DNA from: Alphaproteobacteria bacterium
Lineage (GTDB): Bacteria; Pseudomonadota; Alphaproteobacteria; Bin95
Reading direction: 5' to 3'
NCBI GenBank assembly: GCA_963665325.3
Contig: CAXXWS020000002.1
Span: 896,001-960,000 of the forward strand
Length of the DNA stretch: 64,000 nt
In this document: one piece after another, positions 10,855-22,605 of the stretch
Numbering within the stretch: position 1 is the first letter of the stretch
Layout: each line of letters opens with the position of its first letter
Translations under genes and position numbers: made by a program
The notes under the pieces: generated by a model
The model's input: only the letters and a program-made list of their open reading frames with translations
Databases searched by the model: none
Told to the model about the DNA's origin: nothing

Positions 10855-12522
10855 TCAAGGCACGCCGACGGCGATGTCCAGCAGCGCCTGGCGGCCCTCT
10901 CCGGTCACGGTTTCGATGGCGCGGGCAAGTGCGTCCGGCAGCGCTTGCGCGTCCTCCACGCGCTCGCCGTGCCCGCCGCTCGCCTGCGCGATGAGGTCGT
11001 AGCGCGGTGCGGGGTCCAGAGAGGTCAGCGGCATGACATTGGCGCGGCTTGCATGGCCGTCGGGATAGACCGACAGCGCGGCCCGCCGGACGGCGTTGTA
11101 GATGCCGTTGTTGAAGACGAGCGTCAGCACCGGCAGGCCGAGCGATGCGCCCGCCTGGTGGCAGGCGACGGGATTGGCGAACATGTAGGAGCCGTCGCCG
11201 ACGCAGGCGACTGCGAGGCGCTCCGGCCGGGCGAGCTTCGCGCCCATCGCCGCCGGCAGCCCCCAGCCGAGTCCGCCCGCCAGCGAGCCGCCGAAATAGC
11301 CGAGCGGATCGCGCACCGTGAGCGCCGCCAGCGGCGCGCCCAGCTCGTTGAAGATCATGGCATCGTCCGGCAGCGCCCGGTCGAGGCAGCGCGCGACCCA
11401 GCCCGGCGACATCGGCGTGCCGTTGCCGGCTTCCGCCGCGGCGAGACGCGCCTCCCGTCCCTCGCGGCAGCGGCGGGCCACATCCGCCCCCCGTCCCTTC
11501 GGCGGCAGCTTCATTTCGGCCGCCAGCGCTTCAAGCGCGGCCGCCGGGTCCCCGGCAATGGCGACATCGGCTGGAAAACCGCGCATCGGCACGTCGGAGA
11601 ACAGCGGATCGGCGCCGACCTGCACTACCTTGCAGCCGGGCCGGATATCCTGCTCGACCGGCATCCACGGCACCATCGCGTCCAGCACCAGCACGGCGTC
11701 CGCGTCCTTGAGCCAGGGGCCGGGGTCGAAGCCGCCATGCATCGGATGGTCGCCCGGCAGCGATGCGCGGCTCGCCCAGAATTCCACCACCGGCATCGCG
11801 AACCGCTCGGCGAAATCGGCCAGCACTTGCCAGCCCGCGCCCCGGTTAGCGACGATCAGCGGCCGCTCCGCCGCCGACAGGACGGAAGCTGCATCGGCTA
11901 TGGCGGACGGGTCCGGCAAGCCGGCAACCACGGGCTTCTGGCGGGGTTCGGGCGAGATGCTGAAGCCCGGCAGCGCCTCCGCCATGATCTCGCGCGGCAT
12001 GGTGAAATAGACCGGTCCCATCGGCGGCGTGGAGGCGACGGCGAGCGCGCGCTCCACGACCGCCTCCAGCTGGTCGGCGAGGCGCAGCTCATAGTCCCAC
12101 TTGACCGCCTCGCGAAGCATCCCCGCCTGGTCGTACATGTCCTGGCCCCAGTGGATGCCGCGGTCGCGCGCGCCCTTGCGGCCCTTCTCGGTCACAGGCG
12201 AGCGCCCGGCCGCCATGAAGATCGGCACATTGTCGCGCCGGGCATTGATGAGGCCCATCAATGCGTTGGCGGTGCCGACATTCACATGCGCCATGACGGC
12301 GGCCATCCGGCCCGATGCCTGCCAGTAGCCGTCCGCCATGCCGACCGCCACCGTCTCGTGCACGATGGTGTGGGGCGTGGGAAAGTCGAGCCCGGTCTCC
12401 CCGGCCCGCGCATAGGCCTCGACGATGGGCGCGAAGTCGGTGCCCGGATTGGCGAACAGCACGTCGACGCCGCGCGCCTTGAGCAGCGCGAGATAGGCCT
12501 CGGCAACGGTGACTTCGGTCAT
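10855..12522 (-). CDS. Thiamine-pyrophosphate-dependent enzyme (ALS/benzoylformate decarboxylase-like)
   Basis: FANPGTD, HETVAVGMA, TPP motif GDGS...FNN. Confidence 0.9.
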   Translation of the reverse strand: MTEVTVAEAYLALLKARGVDVLFANPGTDFAPIVEAYARAGETGLDFPTPHTIVHETVAVGMADGYWQASGRMAAVMAHVNVGTANALMGLINARRDNVPIFMAAGRSPVTEKGRKGARDRGIHWGQDMYDQAGMLREAVKWDYELRLADQLEAVVERALAVASTPPMGPVYFTMPREIMAEALPGFSISPEPRQKPVVAGLPDPSAIADAASVLSAAERPLIVANRGAGWQVLADFAERFAMPVVEFWASRASLPGDHPMHGGFDPGPWLKDADAVLVLDAMVPWMPVEQDIRPGCKVVQVGADPLFSDVPMRGFPADVAIAGDPAAALEALAAEMKLPPKGRGADVARRCREGREARLAAAEAGNGTPMSPGWVARCLDRALPDDAMIFNELGAPLAALTVRDPLGYFGGSLAGGLGWGLPAAMGAKLARPERLAVACVGDGSYMFANPVACHQAGASLGLPVLTLVFNNGIYNAVRRAALSVYPDGHASRANVMPLTSLDPAPRYDLIAQASGGHGERVEDAQALPDALARAIETVTGEGRQALLDIAVGVP

Positions 12523-12535
12523 GGTTCCGCCCGGC

Positions 12536-13033
12536 TCAGGCGTCGGCGGGCGCGAAGCCCGGCTGGTCGCCGAAGCGCTCCTCGGTCCAGCGGGCGAGGT
12601 CGTCGTCGCTGAGCGCCGGATCCCACGCTACCGCCTGCGGCTGGGCCACCTTCCAGGGCGTGTCGCAGAAAATCTCGATGCCGTTCCGCTCCGGGTCCTC
12701 GAAATAGATCGACCAGGTGTTGCCGTGGCTGCGTGGACTGTAGGAGACCCCCTCTGCGTCCAGGGACGCCGCCATGCCCCGCAGCGCCGTGAGGCCCTCG
12801 ATGCGGAACGCCGCATGGTTGACGCTGTTGGAAGGGCCGGTTTCCTTCCTGCCGTCGATGAACGCAACCTGGTGGTGTTCCTCCGGATTCTGGCTCAGGA
12901 AGACGATTTCCTTGTCGTCCTTGCCGAGGGGCCCACGGTCGGTGATCTCGAAGCCGAGCACATCGGTGTAGAACGCCAGCATCCGCTCCACATCCTCGAC
13001 ATAGAGCACCATGTGGGACCATGCGAGCGCCAT
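12536..13033 (-). CDS. VOC/glyoxalase family protein
   Basis: HMVLYV...FYTDVLGF, EHHQVA, SIYFEDPERNGIE. Confidence 0.88.
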   Translation of the reverse strand: MALAWSHMVLYVEDVERMLAFYTDVLGFEITDRGPLGKDDKEIVFLSQNPEEHHQVAFIDGRKETGPSNSVNHAAFRIEGLTALRGMAASLDAEGVSYSPRSHGNTWSIYFEDPERNGIEIFCDTPWKVAQPQAVAWDPALSDDDLARWTEERFGDQPGFAPADA

Positions 13034-13050
13034 CGCCTCTACTCCCGCCG

Positions 13051-14877
<1,827 letters not shown>

Positions 14878-14945
14878 GATGGCAGTCGCCTAGACGCGCG
14901 CCGTGGGCGCGGCCGGCATTGGTAAAGGGATCGGAAGGTTTGGCG

Positions 14946-16046
14946 GTGCGCGCTTCCTACATCAATCCGCGCAGCGGCGCGAATTGGCCTGCGGACCGCG
15001 CGCTGTGGCGCGCGCCCGACGATGGCGGCCTGCTGGGCCTTACGTCGGGCCGGGGCTTGGTGCGGGACGAGATCGAACGGTCGGAGACCTCGCTATGGCG
15101 TTACCGCGCCGCCATCCGGGTCGACGACAGGGATCGGGTCAGTCTCGGCGAAGGGCTCACGCCGTTGGTCGAGACGGAATGGGAAGGCCGCCGGCTCCTC
15201 TTCAAATGCGAGCACCTGATGCCGACCGGCTCCTTCAAGGACCGGGGCACTGCTGTCATGATGTCGCACTTGAAGCAGGCGGGCGTGGAGGCGCTTCTGG
15301 AAGACAGCTCCGGCAATGCCGGGGCGTCCATCGCCGCCTATGCCGCCGCCGCCGGAATCCGCACGCGCATCATGGTGCCGGAGAGCGCGCCGGCGGCGAA
15401 GCGGGTGCAGATAGCCGCGGCCGGGGCCGAACTGCAGGAGGTGGCGGGAGACCGCGACACCGTGGAGCGCGCGGCGCTCGCAGCCGCCGAGACGATGTTC
15501 TACGCGAGCCACAACCGACAGCCCTTCTTCCTCGAAGGCACGAAGACGCTCGCTTTCGAGCTATGGGAGCAGATGGGTTTTCGCGCGCCGGCCGCTGTCG
15601 CGGCGCCCTGCGGCAACGGCGCGAACATACTCGGCCTCTATCTCGGCTTCCGTGAATTGCAGGAAGCGGGTCAGATCGACGTGCTGCCCAGGCTCCATGC
15701 GGTCCAGGCGGCCAACAGTTCGCCGATCCGGTCGCTGTTCGACGGCCGGGTCCTGCCGCGGGGGGCGACGGTAGCCGACGGCATCGCCACGTCGCAGCCG
15801 ATTCGGGGGCAAATGGTCGCCAACGCCGTGAGCGCCACCGGCGGCTCGGTTCCCGTCGCGAGTGAGGACGCGATAATGGAGGCCGTTGGGCGGTTGGCCC
15901 GCTCCGGCTGGTTCCTCGAACCGACCTCCGCAGTCGTTGCCGCTGCGCTGCCGCAGATACCGGAGGAAGACCTCGTTCTGATCCTGACAGGCTCAGGGCT
16001 CAAGGCCCTCGGCGTTCATGCCGGCCTGGCGGGCGTTGCAGATTAG
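14946..16046 (+). CDS. Threonine synthase-like PLP enzyme
   Basis: SLGEGLTPL, PTGSFKDRG, DSSGNAG, EPTSA, LTGSGLK; start (GTG 14946 vs TTG 14919) uncertain. Confidence 0.87.
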   Translation: MRASYINPRSGANWPADRALWRAPDDGGLLGLTSGRGLVRDEIERSETSLWRYRAAIRVDDRDRVSLGEGLTPLVETEWEGRRLLFKCEHLMPTGSFKDRGTAVMMSHLKQAGVEALLEDSSGNAGASIAAYAAAAGIRTRIMVPESAPAAKRVQIAAAGAELQEVAGDRDTVERAALAAAETMFYASHNRQPFFLEGTKTLAFELWEQMGFRAPAAVAAPCGNGANILGLYLGFRELQEAGQIDVLPRLHAVQAANSSPIRSLFDGRVLPRGATVADGIATSQPIRGQMVANAVSATGGSVPVASEDAIMEAVGRLARSGWFLEPTSAVVAAALPQIPEEDLVLILTGSGLKALGVHAGLAGVAD

Positions 16047-16184
16047 AGCCCGGTCCATTCCAACCGAGACGACTACCTTTGCCGGGTGCATCCGGCCTTG
16101 GCGTCATTCGTCGCCCTGGGCCCCGGTCCGGGGCCCAACCCGAACCGGACCGCCTCGGCACGAACGCCAGCAGATGCCCCCGGT

Positions 16185-17201
16185 TCAGTGATCGGACTTG
16201 GGGTAAATGCCTGAGCCGATGACAACCTTCTGGTCCGAGTTCGGCGCGTTGAAAGTGACGGCATATCCGAACTTGGGGGAGCCGGTTTGCTCATCGCCCG
16301 AGATTTCCGGGTTGTCGTAGTAGTACTCCAAGAACTGTCTGCCATTCTCCAACGCTCCCCCGATTAGCAGCTTGGGAAAGGGAAGGCCGTTTGAGTCGAC
16401 GCGGTCCATGTCGGTCGGTTTGCCTTCCCGGTACTGCTCGGCGGCGTGAAGGATGGTCATTCCCTCGCTGCCTACAATCCAGAGATAGACCGATCCGGCC
16501 TTCCAGTGCCCACCTTCTTCACGAAAGGCGTTTCTGGTAGCCATGATGTTTCCTTGGTTTTCAGACTCATAGGCCCGTCGATATGCGGCTGCGGCTGCGT
16601 CGACAAACGCGACCAGCGTCTCTTTGTCTACCACCTTCGATGCCGTGACTGTGGGCTTCGGAATGTCCATCATCGCCGATGGAGCGGAAGAAAGGTCCTG
16701 CGAATACCCTCCGATCACGTAGGCGGTTAACTTGCCCACAGCAGTCACGAGTTTGGTGACGTAACTCGTCTTGAGCTCTCCATCGACATAGTTGACGAAC
16801 GCACCGCCATTGTCTGCGGCCTCCATCATTTCTTTCACGACTTCCACTCCCCGGTCGTCGCGCATGCCCAAGGCGTTCTTGCCCTCGGCCGACCTATCCC
16901 CGGCGTGGAACGAAACAGATCCGTCCGTCAGCATGAACACGAGGTAAGTTTCGCCTGCAACCCAAGTCGGCTGTTCCCGGAGTGTTTCCCGCAGGGCAAT
17001 CACATCGTTGTAGTCCGTGAGGCTTTCGACATACCGCCTGGCGTCCATAACGAACGCCTTGAGGCTCTCCTTGTCAGTAACCATGTCGGCGGTTGTCTTT
17101 GCCACCGTCGCCGTGGGCGCGACGGCAAGCAGCAAGACCGCAACAGCAGCGAACAGGGGTCGCCGTACCCTGCGTACATCATTTCGGAAGTCGGTCGTCA
17201 T
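16185..17201 (-). CDS. Secreted protein with two tandem Cache-like sensor repeats, no output domain
   Basis: Signal peptide; internal repeat ADMVTDKESLKAFV / ASKVVDKETLVAFV; W..G..Y and D.NG motifs, C-terminal VIGSGIY; lower GC than flanks. Confidence 0.72.
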   Translation of the reverse strand: MTTDFRNDVRRVRRPLFAAVAVLLLAVAPTATVAKTTADMVTDKESLKAFVMDARRYVESLTDYNDVIALRETLREQPTWVAGETYLVFMLTDGSVSFHAGDRSAEGKNALGMRDDRGVEVVKEMMEAADNGGAFVNYVDGELKTSYVTKLVTAVGKLTAYVIGGYSQDLSSAPSAMMDIPKPTVTASKVVDKETLVAFVDAAAAAYRRAYESENQGNIMATRNAFREEGGHWKAGSVYLWIVGSEGMTILHAAEQYREGKPTDMDRVDSNGLPFPKLLIGGALENGRQFLEYYYDNPEISGDEQTGSPKFGYAVTFNAPNSDQKVVIGSGIYPKSDH

Positions 17202-17525
17202 TGGATCCCCCCGTGGTGGACAGATATCCGTCTCAATAGTTAGCTTCGTCTCGATATTAATGCATCGGCGGCTTCCAGGACAAGCCGGTCGCCTCTGGAA
17301 CTGGCGGAAAGTATATACCGGGCCGCCGCGTGGACTTGCGAGTTGCAATGCTGCCGCCAGGAGTGGACGAGAACCCGAGTTTCCCTCGGAGTACAGATGA
17401 CCTCTCCGGTCAGGAGTCCGTCTCGTAGTCCTGCCTCGAAGCTCTCGACGTAGCCGTTCCCCCGAGGAGGCCCTGGCGAGGCTTATTCAGTTTCGAAGCC
17501 TGAGTGTCGGTATCGACAAAGCCGC

Positions 17526-18467
17526 TTAGCAATTCTCCCGGACCCAGGCTCCAAGCCACTCCGAAATCCCGGCCGAGTGCTCGTCCATCATGAACATGTG
17601 CGTCGCGCCGGGGAACCCGGCATCGGGAAGCTCGACCAGTTCCGCCCGTCCGCCGATGGCCTTCACCCGTTCGCCGAAGGCGGCGGTTGCCTCCCGGGTT
17701 GCGGTCCATCGCGGCGAGAAGTCGATGAAATCGCCGAGCAGGAGCAGCCACGGCCCGCCCGCGACCGTCGCTGGCGACAGCTGTTCGTCCGCGGGCAAGG
17801 TCGAGCCCTCGCAGCAGACGACACCGCGAATGCATTCGGGATTTTCGATCGCTGCATGGCTGCCGAGATAGCCGCCCTGGCTGTGGCAGACGAGCACGCA
17901 CGGTCCGATCCGTTGCAGCGCTGCGCCGACGCCCCGGATCTGGGCTTCCGACGTCGAGGTCCAGCGGGGTACGAACTGGCGCTGGAAGCTCTCCATCGCC
18001 TCAAGGGGGAACCGCTGGCCCTCGAACGGTTTGCCCGCCGCGAAGTCCTCCGGCCGTCCGAAGCGGAACAGGTCCCATGCCTCGGCGGCCGTCCGCATGA
18101 CCGGTTCGCCCTCCCACACGCCTTCGACCGCGCAGAAGCCCGAACGCCCGCGCTCGACATTGTCGATCACGTAGACGGCGAAGCCCTGGCGGAGGAAATC
18201 GTGCAGCCAGCCGGGCCGGCCGTCCGGCGTGGTCTCCCAGCAGGCGCCGGTCAGGCCACCGCCGTGAAGCAGGACGAGCGGATGCGGGAACCTCTGTTCG
18301 GCGGGAATGAAATACTGGACATAGACCTGCTCGACCAGGAACTCGCCATTGGGGTCGTAGTCCAGGATCAGGCTCGGCGTAAACGCCACGGGGCGCTTCT
18401 CCCGGCCGGACACGGTCACCATCCGCCCGCCAACATGAAAGCTTCCGAAATCCTTGAGTGCATACAT
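17526..18467 (-). CDS. Alpha/beta-fold esterase-like protein
   Basis: LLHGGGLTGACWETTPDGRPGW, CHSQGG, GATHMFM. Confidence 0.85.
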   Translation of the reverse strand: MYALKDFGSFHVGGRMVTVSGREKRPVAFTPSLILDYDPNGEFLVEQVYVQYFIPAEQRFPHPLVLLHGGGLTGACWETTPDGRPGWLHDFLRQGFAVYVIDNVERGRSGFCAVEGVWEGEPVMRTAAEAWDLFRFGRPEDFAAGKPFEGQRFPLEAMESFQRQFVPRWTSTSEAQIRGVGAALQRIGPCVLVCHSQGGYLGSHAAIENPECIRGVVCCEGSTLPADEQLSPATVAGGPWLLLLGDFIDFSPRWTATREATAAFGERVKAIGGRAELVELPDAGFPGATHMFMMDEHSAGISEWLGAWVRENC

Positions 18468-18711
18468 CGCCGATTCCCTCTCGGGCCGGGATTGTGAATC
18501 TCCCTCTTCGCGCTTGCAAGCAGCGCTTCGTGTCGGTCGGCGAGGACCGCCGCACGTTCCGTGCCCTCTGGTCGTTTTCCGCAAATTGTGACAATTATGC
18601 GTCTCAGGGACGCATTCGGGCGCGGCAAGGGTTGCGTCGGTCTGCGAGTTCGCGGATACCCGCCGCTTTGCTTGAACGGGATGGGCGGGAGCGTTGCGAG
18701 AACCCCCAACC

Positions 18712-19350
18712 ATGGGAAAATCGGCACAGGCAGGAAAGAAGAGCGCGCGCCCCGCTGTTTGTAGTCTTCTGGCGCTGTTCTGTCTCGCGGCTGCGCCGGT
18801 AGGCGCCGGCAACATGCCGCCGCCGGCCGAGACCTTTGGCGATGCCATGCGCTGGTACGGACGCGCCGCCGAGGCCGGCGACCCGCAAGCGCAATTCTAT
18901 CTGGGCTATATCCACGATCGTGCCCTGCATGGGGCGAACAGCATGTCGGATGCGCTTTCCTGGTATCGCCGCGCGGCGGCCCAGGGGGAGGTCCGGTCGC
19001 AGTTCCGGCTGGGTCTCCTGTTCGACACGGACCCTCGCCTGCCCCGCGACCCGGCGCAAGCGCAAACCTGGTACGAAGCCGCTGCGGCGCAGGGCCATGC
19101 AGAGGCGCGCTTCAACCTCGCGCGGCTGATCGAAGCGGAAGATGCCGCTCGCGCCGTCACGCTCTATACGCTCGCGGCGGAAGCTGGAATCGCGCCTGCG
19201 GCCTTCAATCTGGCGCTGCTCCGCATCAACGGGCCGGATGAGGTTTACGATTCCGCAGAGGCATGGCGCTGGACCCTACGGGCGCAGGACCTGGGCGCTC
19301 CGGGGGCGAAGGAACTGCGGAAACGGCTGTCCGCCGCCTTCGACGAGTAG
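18712..19350 (+). CDS. Exported Sel1-like repeat protein
   Basis: Repeated WY.RAA..G...AQF.LG units after a hydrophobic leader. Confidence 0.9.
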   Translation: MGKSAQAGKKSARPAVCSLLALFCLAAAPVGAGNMPPPAETFGDAMRWYGRAAEAGDPQAQFYLGYIHDRALHGANSMSDALSWYRRAAAQGEVRSQFRLGLLFDTDPRLPRDPAQAQTWYEAAAAQGHAEARFNLARLIEAEDAARAVTLYTLAAEAGIAPAAFNLALLRINGPDEVYDSAEAWRWTLRAQDLGAPGAKELRKRLSAAFDE

Positions 19351-19375
19351 GCCGGCAAAGGCAGTTCTGGCGCAA

Positions 19376-19570
19376 TCAGGACGCCGCCGCCGCGCCCCCG
19401 GCCAACCTGCGCGGCAGGTCGGCCATTACGGCGTCGCGCTCCGCCTCCGCCATCCGGGCCCAGCCCGCGATCTCGGAAAGCCGGCGGCCGCAGCCTTCGC
19501 AGTACTGCGTCTCCGGTGAGATACGGCAGACTTTGACGCAAGGGCTGGAAACGGGGCGCGGCGCGGTCAT
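19376..19570 (-). CDS. DUF1289 family small Cys-rich protein
   Basis: SPCVKVCRI....YCEGCGRRLSEIAGW. Confidence 0.85.
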   Translation of the reverse strand: MTAPRPVSSPCVKVCRISPETQYCEGCGRRLSEIAGWARMAEAERDAVMADLPRRLAGGAAAAS

Positions 19571-19678
19571 GGTCGACGAAGATAGAGTGCGGTCGCAGTT
19601 TGCGGCAAGCGTGCTTTGGCTTGGCGCCCGGCTTGGGGTAAACCGTGCGGGCGCAGCGAGAGGGGGAAGCGGCGGATC

Positions 19679-20338
19679 ATGGGACAGACCATCGCGATCA
19701 TCGGCGGCACGGGCGCGCTCGGCACGGGCTTTGCGCGGCGCTGGGCGGATGCCGGCCACAAGGTGGTGATCGGGTCGCGCACGCAGGAGCGGGCCGATGC
19801 CGCCGCGGCGGAAGCGGGCCACGGCGCCGTCGGCCTCGTCAATCCCGAAGCGGCGGCCGCTGCCGACATCGTGGTGCTGACCGTTCCCTACGCCCACCAC
19901 AAGAGCACCATCGAGAGCATTGCGGATGGCCTCGAAGGCAAGATCCTGGTGGACGCAACCGTGCCGCTGATGCCGCCGAGGGTCGGCACGGTGCAGCTTC
20001 CCGAGGCCGGATCGGCGGCGGTGGAGGCGCAGGCCTATCTCGGCGAGCGCGCAACCGTCGTTTCGGCGTTCCAGAATGTGGCGGCTGCGCACCTGCAGGC
20101 CCTCCACGACATCGACTGCGATGTCCTGGTGGCGGGCGACAAGCTCGCGGCACGCGAGACCGTGATCGCGCTGGCGGAGGATCTCGGCCTGCGCGGCTGG
20201 CACGCCGGGCCGCTCGCGAACTCCGCCGCTGCCGAGGCGCTGACCTCCGTTATCATCCAGATCAACCGGCGCTACGGCATCGACGGCGCCGGCCTCCGCA
20301 TTACCGGTCTGCCGGCGGCGGAGCAGGGCCGCGCGTGA
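19679..20338 (+). CDS. npdG: NADPH-dependent F420 reductase
   Basis: IIGGTGALGTG, VIGSR, GSAA, VVSAFQNVAA, AGLRITG; adjacent to cofE/cofD. Confidence 0.92.
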   Translation: MGQTIAIIGGTGALGTGFARRWADAGHKVVIGSRTQERADAAAAEAGHGAVGLVNPEAAAAADIVVLTVPYAHHKSTIESIADGLEGKILVDATVPLMPPRVGTVQLPEAGSAAVEAQAYLGERATVVSAFQNVAAAHLQALHDIDCDVLVAGDKLAARETVIALAEDLGLRGWHAGPLANSAAAEALTSVIIQINRRYGIDGAGLRITGLPAAEQGRA

Positions 20339-21090
20339 CACGTCGCCTGGAGCTGATCGCGCTGCCCGGCCTGCCGATGGTGGAGCCGGGCGACGATCTT
20401 GCCGGAATTATCTCGGACGGTCTGGAACGGGCCGGAACCGGGCTTGAAGCAGGCGACATCCTCGTGGTCGCGCAGAAGATCGTCTCCAAGGCCGAGGGAC
20501 GCTACGCCTTCCCGGCGGAGACGACGCCGTCCCCCGACGCGAAACGGCTGGCGGCGCTGACGCACAAGGACCCCACCCATGTCGAAATCCTGCTGGAGGA
20601 AACGGCCGAGATTGTCCGCCACCGGCCGGGCGTGGTGGTCGTCGAGCACAGGCTCGGCCATGTGATGGCGAATGCCGGCATAGACCACTCCAATATCGAG
20701 GCCGGGCGCCTGCTGCTGCTGCCGCGCGACCCGGACGCGTCCGCAAGGGGGTTGCGCGCTGCTTTAGCCGAGCGCTGGGGCATTGCTCCCGGCGTCATCG
20801 TTTCCGACAGCTTCGGGCGAGCCTGGCGGGTCGGCACATGCGGTGTTGCGATCGGCATTGCCGGCCTGCCGGCAATAGACGACCGGCGCGGCGAGCCCGA
20901 CCTGTTCGGCCAGCCGCTCGAAGTCACCATTGTCGGCCAGGCGGACGAGATCGCGGCCGCGGCCTCGATCCTGCAGGGACAGGCGGACGAAGCGACGCCG
21001 GTGGTGCTGGTGCGCGGGCTCAGCCTGCCGGAAGACGATAGCGGCGTCGGCCCGCTGCTGCGCGACCGGGCGACGGACCTGTTCCGGTGA
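20335..21090 (+). CDS. cofE: Coenzyme F420-0:L-glutamate ligase
   Basis: GLPMVEPGDDL, QKIVSKAEGR, ANAGIDHSN, DSFGRAWR, terminal DLFR. Confidence 0.94.
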   Translation: MTRRLELIALPGLPMVEPGDDLAGIISDGLERAGTGLEAGDILVVAQKIVSKAEGRYAFPAETTPSPDAKRLAALTHKDPTHVEILLEETAEIVRHRPGVVVVEHRLGHVMANAGIDHSNIEAGRLLLLPRDPDASARGLRAALAERWGIAPGVIVSDSFGRAWRVGTCGVAIGIAGLPAIDDRRGEPDLFGQPLEVTIVGQADEIAAAASILQGQADEATPVVLVRGLSLPEDDSGVGPLLRDRATDLFR

Positions 21091-21989
21091 AAGTCGCGGC
21101 GCTCTCCGGCGGCGTCGGCGGCGCGAAGCTGGCTGAGGGCCTCGCACGCACCGGCGCGGACCTGACCGTGATCGCCAATACGGGCGATGATTTCGAGCAT
21201 CTCGGCCTATCGATTTCGCCGGATATCGACTCGCTGGTCTATGCGCTGTCAGGTCTTGCCGACCGGGAACGCGGCTGGGGACGCGCGAACGAAAGCTGGA
21301 ATTTCATGGCCGCCGTCGGCGCGCTCGGCGGCGAGACCTGGTTCAATCTCGGAGACGGCGATCTGGCGATGCATGTGGTGCGCAGCGCGCGCCTCGCAGC
21401 CGGGGAACCGCTCTCGGCCGTGACGGCCGGCATCCTCCGGCAGCTTGGCGTGGAGGCGCGGGTGCTTCCTGCGACCGACCGACTGTTGCGTACCCTCGTC
21501 GAAACAGAGTCCGGGCAGCTTGCCTTCCAGCACTATTTCGTGCGCGAACGCACGGCCCCGCGCGTCACGGGCTTCGTTTTCGAAGGCGCCGAGACGGCCC
21601 GGCCGGCGCCGGGCGCATTGGAAGCCCTGCGGGAAGCGGACCGTATCGTCATCTGTCCGTCCAACCCCTATATCAGCGTCGACCCGATCCTCGCCGTCGT
21701 GGGCTACCGGGAATCGGTGCGCGATGCGGTCTGCGTGTCTCCCATCATCGGGGGCAAGGCGGTCAAGGGGCCGGCGGCGAAGATGATGGCGGAGCTCGGT
21801 GTCGAGCCCTCGTCGCTCGCAATCGCCCGCCACTATCGCGGCATGATACGAACGCTGGTGATCGACGAAGCCGATGCGCATGAGGCCGAGGCGATCGAAG
21901 CGGAGGGCGTGTACGCCATCGTTGCGCCCACGCTGATGGGCGGGCCGGCAGACGCGGAGCGGCTCGCCCGGATCGTGCTGGAGGCCTGA
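21087..21989 (+). CDS. cofD: 2-phospho-L-lactate (LPPG:FO) transferase
   Basis: LSGGVGGAK, NTGDD, SPDID, WFNLGDGD, PSNP, KGPAAKMM. Confidence 0.94.
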   Translation: MKVAALSGGVGGAKLAEGLARTGADLTVIANTGDDFEHLGLSISPDIDSLVYALSGLADRERGWGRANESWNFMAAVGALGGETWFNLGDGDLAMHVVRSARLAAGEPLSAVTAGILRQLGVEARVLPATDRLLRTLVETESGQLAFQHYFVRERTAPRVTGFVFEGAETARPAPGALEALREADRIVICPSNPYISVDPILAVVGYRESVRDAVCVSPIIGGKAVKGPAAKMMAELGVEPSSLAIARHYRGMIRTLVIDEADAHEAEAIEAEGVYAIVAPTLMGGPADAERLARIVLEA

Positions 21990-21990
21990 G

Positions 21991-22605
21991 ATGCCGGACC
22001 CGCTCGGCGATTTTTCCTTCACCTGGCCGCTCTATGCAGCGTTTCTGGCGGCATATCTGCTGGGTAGCGTTCCGTTCGGCCTGCTGCTTACCCGCCTCGC
22101 TGGCACGGGCGACCTGCGGCAGATCGGCTCGGGCAATATCGGCGCGACCAACGTGCTGCGCACCGGGCGCAAGGGGCTGGCGGCGCTTACGCTGCTGCTC
22201 GATATGGGCAAGGGCGCGGGTGCCGTGGCGATTGCGGACTACTGGTTCGGCCCGAGCATGGCGGTGTTCGCCGCGCTCGGCGTTGTCGTCGGGCATATCG
22301 CGCCGGTCTGGCTTCGCTTCCGGGGCGGCAGGGGCGTGGCGACCGCTTTCGGGGTGCTGTTCGTCTTCGCATGGTCCGTCGGCCTTGCGGCAGCGGCTGT
22401 CTGGCTCGCCGCGGCCGCCCTGTTCCGCTATTCGTCCCTCGCGGCGATCCTTGCCATCGGCTCCTCGCCGGCATGGGCCTGGGCGCTTGTCGGCGCTGCC
22501 GAAGCGGAGGTAGCCGGCCTGATTGCGATTGCCGTGATCGCCCGCCATGCCGGCAATATCCGCCGACTGCTGAAAGGCGAGGAAAGCCGGATCCGGCTTC
22601 GATGA
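21991..22605 (+). CDS. plsY: Glycerol-3-phosphate acyltransferase
   Basis: YLLGSVPFG, GSGNIGATN, GGRGVAT, HAGNIRRL. Confidence 0.95.
   Translation: MPDPLGDFSFTWPLYAAFLAAYLLGSVPFGLLLTRLAGTGDLRQIGSGNIGATNVLRTGRKGLAALTLLLDMGKGAGAVAIADYWFGPSMAVFAALGVVVGHIAPVWLRFRGGRGVATAFGVLFVFAWSVGLAAAAVWLAAAALFRYSSLAAILAIGSSPAWAWALVGAAEAEVAGLIAIAVIARHAGNIRRLLKGEESRIRLR

Noticed and set aside
16100-16145. Degenerate REP-like palindrome beside the Cache gene
   Set aside because: Only a partial, mismatched resemblance to the 59871 element; not callable.
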